From a virus, in the IMG/VR virus record IMGVR_UViG_3300045988_147571: 64,000 nt of DNA; one strand, 5' to 3'. Position numbers and translations under genes: made by a program. Position 1 is the stretch's first letter; each line of letters begins with the position of its first letter. Positions 52,551 through 60,235 of the stretch are shown here, piece after piece. Below the pieces are notes generated by a model, which saw only the letters and a program-made list of their open reading frames with translations, was not told the DNA's origin and did not search any database.

Positions 52551-52579
52551 ATACTACTACGCCATAGGTATTTTGTCAA
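52551..52579 (-). promoter_or_regulatory. leftward promoter PL-2 (paralogous to PL-1)
   Basis: rc: ttttcaaaaaactg TTGACA (52574-52579) aaatacctatggcgtag (17 nt) TAGTAT (52551-52556). Shares the ACCTAT(T/G)GCGTAGTA spacer and the A-rich upstream tract with PL-1. Confidence 0.6.
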
Positions 52580-52896
52580 CAGTTTTTTGAAAATATTTTT
52601 ATTTACACGTTTACAAAAGTCTGCAAACCCGCATAAATACAGGCTTTTTGGCATGAAAAAAAGTTTTTTCTGAAATAATTCCTTCCTATTAAAGCGAAAA
52701 AATGAGTTAGGGTGGATCTCCTGTTGCTATACAAGGTGTAGTATGTATTACACAATGTATAAATATACAGTATGTCAGACGTATGACAAGATGTGATTAT
52801 ATACGGATTGTAAGACGTATTAACAGAAGTAGTATAGATGAACTATACAAAGTAATACGTCTTATAAAAGATAATATGTCAGATAATATATATAGT

Positions 52897-53073
52897 TTAT
52901 TCAATTATGTCTGCAATTCGTGATTTAATGAAAGTTGACACTGCAATGTTGTTAGAATCACAATATTTTTTGAGTTTTTCGTATTGTTCAATTCGCAAAC
53001 TGACAGTTGCGGATTTCATATTCTTTTTATCCCACTCTTTAGCATATTTCTTGTTATATTCATAATTCGACAT
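52897..53073 (-). CDS. ribbon-helix-helix (Arc/CopG-type) DNA-binding protein, 58 aa (below track cutoff)
   Basis: AAGAGGTG lies upstream of the ATG at 53071-53073. MSNYEYNKKYAKEWDKKNMKSATVSLRIEQYEKLKKYCDSNNIAVSTFIKSRIADIIE. The strand (VSLRI) then helix then helix pattern is typical of RHH. Confidence 0.6.
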   Translation of the reverse strand: MSNYEYNKKYAKEWDKKNMKSATVSLRIEQYEKLKKYCDSNNIAVSTFIKSRIADIIE

Positions 53074-53105
53074 AAATATACACCTCTTTTCTATTCAATT
53101 TGTTG

Positions 53106-53121
53106 AATTGTAAATACAATT
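53106..53121. promoter_or_regulatory. palindromic operator candidate AATTGTA-AA-TACAATT
   Basis: Perfect 7-bp arms, ~35 nt upstream of the RHH gene start. The same half-site recurs at 53257-53275 (TACAAT n7 ATTGTA). Confidence 0.5.
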
Positions 53122-53299
53122 AAACATCTAGTAAGAATTATTAGATAATTTACTACAAAAGAAAACAATTGTCAGAAACATTGAGTTTTAAAGTAAAATT
53201 GTATTCATAATCTTAAAAACACTATGCTTCGATCAGAGAAACCAGACACAATTCAATACAATTCGCTATATTGTACGAATATTCTAATTACTTTAGTAC

Positions 53300-53364
53300 T
53301 GTAAAATTCTGTAGTATTATCACTGCAAAATTTTTCAATTGTAAAATTTCAATACTATAAAATT
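53300..53364. repeat. four direct iteron-like repeats (A)CTGTAAAATT
   Basis: TGTAAAATT 53300-53308, TGCAAAATT 53324-53332, TGTAAAATT 53340-53348, TATAAAATT 53356-53364. Spacing is 24/16/16 nt. Confidence 0.7.
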
Positions 53365-53803
53365 TTGCTACGGTACGAATGCTACGCACTGATTTATTAA
53401 AGTATACTAGGGCTATCCACTTTTACGCTTTAAAGTCCCAAAAACAGGGTTTGTGTATTACGATAGTTTTTACCATTGCACTATCCCCACCTTTCCTAGT
53501 ACTTAACTAGGTTTAGTTGAACGCATGTTCTTTTCGCTCTATTTTGCGCCCATTCTGTACCAAACCAGCTCTAAAATGTTAGAAAATAAGCATTTTCGAA
53601 CCTTTTACAGGAGGGGGTACTTATGCCCAGCGAGCCGTTCAGGTCCTGGATTTCCGCCCTATGCTGGTGTTTTTAGACACCAAGTCCAAATTTCGGATCA
53701 TGTTCCCAGATTCTCTGATCATCACATCTCTCTCACTCGTTTTTCAGATCAGAGTTTCTTCCTTATTTATATACGTTTCTCCGCTACACCTATTTTTATT
53801 TTT

Positions 53804-53877
53804 CTAAACAAGTTTGTAAATCACATGTTGACTTTTGGTCTAAACAATGTTATAATACACTTATCCCGAAAGGGATA
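53804..53877 (+). promoter_or_regulatory. rightward consensus promoter with AAACAAGTTTGTAAA element and 5' hairpin
   Basis: AAACAAGTTTGTAAA tcacatg TTGACT (53828-53833), 17 nt, TGt TATAAT (53851-56; extended -10). Followed by TATCCC GAAA GGGATA (53862-53877) and AGGAGG-ATG at 53898. Confidence 0.8.
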
Positions 53878-53897
53878 GAAAATCACAGGAGGCACAT

Positions 53898-54167
53898 ATG
53901 AACGACATTACTCTTATTGGAGTCAACATTACCTAAGAACTCCAAAAACAGCTAGATTCCCACAAATCAGCTATTTTATCTACTGCACCTCCAGAGGCAG
54001 TAAAAGGCTACGACCTAGGCGTACAAAACACTCTTCTACTCTTAGAATCACTTCTCTCATCTCTTGAACCCAACGAGTTCCTGATCAATACCACAGATTC
54101 CCACTTAAATGAGTATGACTATGATGAGCTTGAAGCTTTAGTCCGTAAACAAGTTTATAAATCATAA
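53898..54167 (+). pseudogene. 90-codon frame with strong SD, interrupted by an in-frame TAA at codon 13
   Basis: ACAGGAGGcacatATG. MNDITLIGVNIT * ELQKQLDSHKSAILSTAPPEAVKGYDLGVQNTLLLLESLLSSLEPNEFLINTTDSHLNEYDYDELEALVRKQVYKS *. There is no ATG/GTG/TTG in the 76 codons after the TAA (53934-53936). Confidence 0.5.
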
Positions 54168-54178
54168 GGAGCATTTAT

Positions 54179-55252
54179 ATGAAAACTTTTACTAATATCC
54201 ACACATTACTATACCACATTAATAATTCAATTTCAATCCCTCTTAGATACTCTATGATTGAAGGTACCACATGGTTCATCGGCAAAGATGTTGCAGCCAT
54301 CTGTGGGTACAAAGACACATGGCGAGCTATAAAATACCATGTTTCACCTGAGAATACTGATTATACCATTTTTAATTCCCGTAAACTTATCATCATCAAT
54401 TATGCAGGATTCAAAGAAATAGACCCTACTGAAGGACATCTAAACTGGTTTCTGAAAGAAACTAAGTCAGACTCGCCCACTGTGTTCAATCATCCAGAAT
54501 TTGGCACTGTCAGAATAATAGAGGTTTCCGGAAAACCCTGGTTCGTAGGTAAGGATGTAGCTACCGCCTTGGGATATGCAAATCCTACAAAGGCTGCTAG
54601 AGAGAAAGTTTTCCAAGAGGATCGAGGGATGTCCAAAATAGACACCCCCTCTGGAGCACAACAAATGACTATTATTAACGAATCCGGACTTTACTCCCTT
54701 ATCCTCAGCAGCAAGCTTCCATCAGCAAAAGAGTTCAAGCACTGGGTTACAGCAGAGGTACTCCCTTCTATCCGTAAGACAGGGGGCTATGTTAACCCAT
54801 CACAATCCGATCTTTTCCTAGATACCTATCTCCCATTTGCAGATCAGAACACTCGACTTCTTTTTAAGACTACTCTTGATACTATCCAGCAACAGAACAA
54901 TACTATCCAGCAACAGAATCACACTATTTCACATCAAGAAGACATCATTCGTAATCTTACATCAGACATTCCATTAGCAGATAAACGTCAGATCCTCAAT
55001 AGAATTGTACGCTTCGGAGGAAGTCCTCAAACACGTTGGCCATTCCTCTACAGAGAGTTCGACAATAAGTTCCATATGAATACTAAAGTACAGCTTGAAC
55101 ATTACAATGAGACGCATAAACCTAAGCTGCAGAACCGTTTAGATTACATAGAGCACATTGGTATGTTCAATGATTTAGCTGAAATAGCATGTGTAATCTT
55201 CGGTCCAGACATCGAGAAATTGTCTGCTCAGTATTATGAAATCTGTAAGTAA
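54179..55252 (+). CDS. Bro-N domain protein (two Bro-N-like segments) / prophage antirepressor family
   Basis: TTWFIGKDVAAICGY and FGTVRIIEVSGKPWFVGKDVATALGYANPTKAA ... GLYSLILSSKLPSAKEFKHWVTAEVLPSIRKTGGY. Confidence 0.85.
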   Translation: MKTFTNIHTLLYHINNSISIPLRYSMIEGTTWFIGKDVAAICGYKDTWRAIKYHVSPENTDYTIFNSRKLIIINYAGFKEIDPTEGHLNWFLKETKSDSPTVFNHPEFGTVRIIEVSGKPWFVGKDVATALGYANPTKAAREKVFQEDRGMSKIDTPSGAQQMTIINESGLYSLILSSKLPSAKEFKHWVTAEVLPSIRKTGGYVNPSQSDLFLDTYLPFADQNTRLLFKTTLDTIQQQNNTIQQQNHTISHQEDIIRNLTSDIPLADKRQILNRIVRFGGSPQTRWPFLYREFDNKFHMNTKVQLEHYNETHKPKLQNRLDYIEHIGMFNDLAEIACVIFGPDIEKLSAQYYEICK

Positions 55253-55356
55253 ATTTTGATTCTACAGTGAGAGGCTTACAACTTTACAGTGAGCCTCTTA
55301 CAAAAGAAATTTGATCCATATACTCAAATAAAATCATTATATAGGGGGTAAGAAAG

Positions 55357-56223
55357 TTGATTGACACCACAAAAATTTTACCGGGTCAAGAATTTAAAAA
55401 TATGCAGGAACTGTCAGTAGCACTTACTGGTCAGAAGATGCCAGCCGGTAAAGGTTATGTTCTACAGCAGGAGAAATTTAAACTGTATTTCTCATGGAAA
55501 AAAGTTACAGGATCTCATAAATTGATCATTGATGAAGTATATAAAGAACCAAAGACTAAAACTAAACGCAAACAGAAAGAGTATTGTCCACATGGAAAGT
55601 ATAATGCAGCAATCTATGCAAATTTACAGCAATTAGAACTCAATAAAAAATATTCTGTGACAGATCTCTATGAACTCTTAGGGTTTACGAGTGACAGATT
55701 TACGAGACCAAAATATTTTTTAGATTGTGTGAATGCAACAGAACTCTCTCTTTCTTCTTATAGATATTTTCATAAAAAAATAAATTGTATCATTGCACAA
55801 ATATTATATATAAATTTGAGGAAGTTTGAAGAAAAAGGCTGTATCTCATATCATATGGACTATGCCTATACATTCAGAGAAGGGCATAAGCCAGTAGACA
55901 TTCCAATAGACTATATGGAAGATATAAAAGCTCAAGCTTTAGCACAAACTTCATATAAAGATGAGTGGTCTGTCTTACATAGTTCCAAAGCAAAAGAATA
56001 CACTGATTTTATTCTTAAAAGATTGGAGCCGCTAGGAGTAAAAAGATATACAAAATGTTACGTATTTACTGAAATTAAGCAGTTTAATACTCTTCCGTTA
56101 TCAGACCCTCATATTCTAAACAATTTAATAATACAAAAGTTGAAAGATGCAAGTTCCAAATATGATGTGCTGAATAACAAAAAAATGAATTCAATAATTG
56201 ACACCGCTGTCAGGTTGCAATAG
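55357..56223 (+). CDS. hypothetical protein (TTG start)
   Basis: 288-aa ORF with GGGGGT upstream. No motif recognised. Confidence 0.55.
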   Translation: MIDTTKILPGQEFKNMQELSVALTGQKMPAGKGYVLQQEKFKLYFSWKKVTGSHKLIIDEVYKEPKTKTKRKQKEYCPHGKYNAAIYANLQQLELNKKYSVTDLYELLGFTSDRFTRPKYFLDCVNATELSLSSYRYFHKKINCIIAQILYINLRKFEEKGCISYHMDYAYTFREGHKPVDIPIDYMEDIKAQALAQTSYKDEWSVLHSSKAKEYTDFILKRLEPLGVKRYTKCYVFTEIKQFNTLPLSDPHILNNLIIQKLKDASSKYDVLNNKKMNSIIDTAVRLQ

Positions 56224-56511
56224 AGCGAAAGGCGAAGCCTGAGGTCTGAACACATGAAAGTTTTTTCAGCGCTACTTTCTACACTCGGCGGTTAAGCGCC
56301 TCGCCTAAAGCAGCTGCTTCTGAAAAAATTTTGCGTTCAGACGGTGATTGTTTTTTGTTACACCAAAAAAATATAGTAATTATTTTTTATATAAATAATA
56401 ATTATTGTTTTTTACAGGTGTAATAAATCCAACTCGAACTGATTGAACGAATGAGTGAAGCGAATGAGAGAAAGAAAGTAAGACCCTCATAGCTCGCTAC
56501 CAAAGAAAGGA

Positions 56512-58158
56512 ATGATTACAATAGCAAAGCAGAAAAAATGTAAAAGATACTTATTCAAGCTCCACAGTGAACGTCTTCGTAGATCACGCTGGAAGCTAGA
56601 ATATCCATTAGAGGAAGCTCTAAACACAGAAGACATTATTTCTCTGTCTGATAGCCAGATTCTTAGATTCATTGATGAACTCAACGGAGACACCAGTGAA
56701 GCCAGAGAAGAAGAAGCTTCTTATATAAAGAAAGAAATCAAGCGTCTCAAAAAATCTGATTCTTCTAAGAAAGATACTCTCATAGCAAATCTCTATAAAA
56801 GATTCTATAATCTTCAATTTGTTCCAGATTACATGTGCCTGATCATTGATAAAATGTCTGATTATGACAGAGCCAACAAAGGTTTCTCTATCAATGGAGT
56901 CAAATATCATAGGTTCCTAGGTACCAACGGGGGTATAAAAAATTCTACTATTGTTTATGTCTCTGAAAGACTATATCCCCAGCTCTATGAGCGTCTCTGC
57001 TGTGGCAGGAACCTAGAACAAAAATTTGTACCAGCTAAACTTGAAGCATATCAGGCTCTGATCTGTTCTGGCAGCATTCCAGTGAGTATGCCAAAAGGGG
57101 TTATAGTTGTCCCTGACTGCGTTACTCATTTTAAAGAAGACATTATTCGTGTGGATGATTCCCAGTCTGATGAACCAATAGTAGAATTCCTCAAGGACCA
57201 AGAAATAGAGCTTACAGAATCAGACGGTTACGGAATCATGCTTCCATCACTCTCTTACCGCTGGGCTAGAGAACTTGACGAAGAAGAAGATTTTTTATCT
57301 GGCTGTAATCTCAGAGGGCTTCCATGGACAAAGGGCATGGTTTTCACAATGGACTACTTAGCTTTTGGGGAATCTATAGCGAAAAACTTCTATATAAAAG
57401 ATGCCTGGGGAGATATGAGAGACATCAGAGAATCTGAATTGATTATTACTACTTCTATGCTTAAACTATGGGACTCCTACTCTTCTTTCGAAGATTACTG
57501 GTCCAACATAGAAAAATATCATTATCAGATATCTATAGCCAAGACTGCTCCTGCTAAATTGGATGAGTACAGAAGCACTAATTACCAGTTCCTGCAGAAT
57601 TACCATCTTACACCGGAAGAAGTAACTGAATTGGTCCGTCCTACAATAGAAGAAATTCAAGAAATCCTTGGATTAGATTACAGGAAGTCACTCCTATTCC
57701 TGAGAGGAACCAATCTAACAGAAGATTCCTACATTGATGAAGAGCCATATATCAACGCTCTCATGATTGAGCCGCAGATGATTCATGATCCCTACATCAG
57801 AGACAGAATCTACAATATGATAAAGAAAAAAATCAGGCAAGCCAAGATAGGCGTACTCAAAGTGAGAGGTAACTTTGCCATCATTGGTGGTGATCCGTAT
57901 AGCCTGATGCAGAGTATCTTTGGTTTGCCTGTTACAGGACTACTCCACTCTGGAGAATGTTGGCATAAACATTGGCTTGATCGAGGAGTCAGCGAGGTCT
58001 GCTGCTTCAGAGCACCTATGACAAGCAAATACAATGTGCGTAAGCTTAAGATAGTAGGGACTCCTGATATGACTTATTGGTACAGATATATAAATACATG
58101 TATGCTGCTGAATTCCTGGGATTCTACTGCGGAAGCCCTCAACGGCAGCGACAAGGAT
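56512..58158 (+). CDS. YonO/RdRP-like single-subunit RNA polymerase, exon 1 (549 codons)
   Basis: Ends ...AEALNGSDKD at the proposed 5' splice site (U at 58158). Joined to exon 2 it gives GSDKDGDLYF, i.e. a D-x-D-G-D metal-binding loop. Confidence 0.6.
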
Positions 58159-59149
58159 GAACAATCTCTGTCCTTGTAAAACTGGGTGAACTCGTACATG
58201 CGAGGTGTTTGGCATCAGCCAAGCTAACGGGGGACACTTATGAGTTTTGGTTGGCTTTTAAGCAATCCCGTGCTAAAAGTTATGGAATCTTTCTATATGG
58301 GAAGGAGAACCGAAATGAATGAATTAGTAAATACCACAGAACAGACACCAATAGAGATAGCTCTTGGTGTAGATGCAGATGGAATGACAACTGCTAAACA
58401 ACTTTATAAGTTTTTAGAATTAAATTCTACGAACTATAAACGCTGGACTACAAAGAATATAGTACAAAATCCTTACGGAGAAGAAAATGTTGATTATTTC
58501 CCATTCGTCCTTCATGACGAATGCGGTGGACAAGCTACTACTGATTACAAAATCACAGCAAACTTTGCTAAAAAGCTTTCCATGATGACTTCTTCTCCAA
58601 AAGGAGAAATTGCCAGAGAATATTTTCTTTCCTGTGAAAAAGTCATAAAAGAAAATATTGCTGCGCTAAAGAAGGAAAATCAGAAATTAAAACTGCTCAC
58701 TGTCAGTAAATCCCAGAAATTCTCTGCAATGTATCCTAAATTTGACTTACTGACAAAATCGCTACATATATCTATGAAAGAACTGTACAAGAAAATCTTC
58801 GACACAATGCAGTCTGAGCGTGGCATCGACTTAACAAGCAAGACACTTCAATACTGCTATGAGCATAATCTTTCAAACTGCTACACAATGACAGTTATAC
58901 AGGAAGATCCGCAGCTCTTCATATGTATGTACGAAATAGTTGATGATATGATTGCAAACTTAAAGTGATTTTTTACAAAGGGTTCCATAGCTTATGTGTA
59001 ACGACTATCGAAAGCATAGCTTAAGAGAAAGACTTAAGTGAAGAAGCAAGTAGAGTACTTTATAAGTGTAACTCTTATAGAGGAAGCGCCCAGTAGTATT
59101 ACTTTGGTAATAGAGGTATTACTAATGAGATAGTCTAGTATATAAATTG
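58159..59149 (+). mobile_element. group I intron (991 nt) carrying an ORF
   Basis: P1: exon ACAAGGAU (58151-58158) pairs with the internal guide GUCCUUGU (58170-58177), with the splice-site U opposite G. P7-like pairing GACTAT (59003-59008) / ATAGTC (59130-59135). The context TAACGACTATC ... GAGATAGTCT matches what I recall of the T4 td intron core. The last intron nt (59149) is G. Confidence 0.8.
58315..58968 (+). CDS. intron-encoded AntA/AntB-type (antirepressor-like DNA-binding) protein
   Basis: GGAAGGAGAA lies 5 nt before the ATG at 58315. TTDYKITANFAKKLSMMTSSPKGEIAREYFLSCEK resembles the AntA domain. No GIY-YIG/HNH/LAGLIDADG motif seen. Confidence 0.6.
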   Translation: MNELVNTTEQTPIEIALGVDADGMTTAKQLYKFLELNSTNYKRWTTKNIVQNPYGEENVDYFPFVLHDECGGQATTDYKITANFAKKLSMMTSSPKGEIAREYFLSCEKVIKENIAALKKENQKLKLLTVSKSQKFSAMYPKFDLLTKSLHISMKELYKKIFDTMQSERGIDLTSKTLQYCYEHNLSNCYTMTVIQEDPQLFICMYEIVDDMIANLK

Positions 59150-60235
59150 GGAGATTTATATTTTACAACCAACAATGAAATACTTTTGAAACATACAGAA
59201 AACTTACCACCAATCTACTGCATTCAGCGCAAAGGAAATAAGGTTGTCCCAACTGAAGCAGATATGATACAAGCTAACAAAGGATCTTTCGGTGATGCCA
59301 TTGGTTCTATTACTAATGTTATTACTTCACAGATATGTCTACAGGCAAGGTTCCCAAAAGACAGTGAGGAATATAAGGTCTTAGACTATAGGATACTGTG
59401 TGGACAAATGTTCCAGCAGAATGCTATTGATCGTGCTAAGGGAATTATTGCCAAACCTATGCCTAAGCACTGGTATGATAACAATTATAATCGCATAGAA
59501 GAATCAGATACACCGGAAGAAATAGCTAAAAAAGAATTCAATCAAAGGATCTGTGCAGATAAGAAGCCATACTTCTTCATCTATAACTACCCTACTCTCA
59601 TGAAGGAATACAAAGACTACATCAAAACTTCAGATGCCGTGAGTAGGTCCAGATTTAATATTCCTCTGGAAACATTGTTAGCTGCTGAAGAATTAACTGA
59701 AGAACAGGCAGAGTTTCTCAAATTCTATAAAGAGTTCTACCCAGTCAATGCAGAAACCTGTGTAGTTAATGAACTCTGTTGGGAAATTGAAAAGCAGCTT
59801 GCAGACGTAAAAGAAAGTAAGGTACCGTTTGACAGCTCTATTCTGAAGTCGGATGCCTCTTATACTGAAAATGAAAAGATGTTCATAGGATATATTTATG
59901 ACAAGTATAACAAAACCTATGCAAACAGAATGAGCCGCCACAGCTCTGTATATGAAGATACTTCTTTAACACCCATTGGGATGACTTTTGAATCAGAGTG
60001 TGCTGAATATGTGCCAAATGCAGAAAAGCTTTGCAACATTCTGGTTGACTTAGGATATAACACAAAAAAGGGTAAGACTTTCGTCTGGGAAATGTCCGGG
60101 GATACCATTATTGATAATCTTCTCTCTCGAACAGATGGTTATGCTCAGTTTCCTGTAAAGGATCCAGACGGTGATATAGAGTTTTGCGGTGAACACTTCT
60201 CAATGAAAAAAGTAAAAATGAAAGGCGAAGAATAA
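59150..60235 (+). CDS. YonO/RdRP-like single-subunit RNA polymerase, exon 2 (361 aa)
   Basis: Begins GDLYFTTNNE. The track ORF 59147-60235 only has a TTG one codon upstream and no SD. Confidence 0.6.
   Translation, partial: GDLYFTTNNEILLKHTENLPPIYCIQRKGNKVVPTEADMIQANKGSFGDAIGSITNVITSQICLQARFPKDSEEYKVLDYRILCGQMFQQNAIDRAKGIIAKPMPKHWYDNNYNRIEESDTPEEIAKKEFNQRICADKKPYFFIYNYPTLMKEYKDYIKTSDAVSRSRFNIPLETLLAAEELTEEQAEFLKFYKEFYPVNAETCVVNELCWEIEKQLADVKESKVPFDSSILKSDASYTENEKMFIGYIYDKYNKTYANRMSRHSSVYEDTSLTPIGMTFESECAEYVPNAEKLCNILVDLGYNTKKGKTFVWEMSGDTIIDNLLSRTDGYAQFPVKDPDGDIEFCGEHFSMKKVKMKGEE

Noticed and set aside
52445-52654. 69-aa minus-strand ORF in the control region
   Set aside because: It spans both leftward promoters (-35/-10 boxes fall inside it), has no SD, and has a low-complexity basic sequence.
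53525-53878. 117-aa plus-strand ORF
   Set aside because: It runs through the consensus rightward promoter and its upstream element, has no SD, and has an odd composition. The region looks non-coding and structured.
53934-53936. Genome-wide stop-codon reassignment (as in some gut phages), prompted by the in-frame TAA
   Set aside because: Recognisable genes (ligA, nadE, the NAMPT-like gene, integrase, phoH) have normal lengths and end at TAA/TAG/TGA without internal stops. I treat this as an isolated event.
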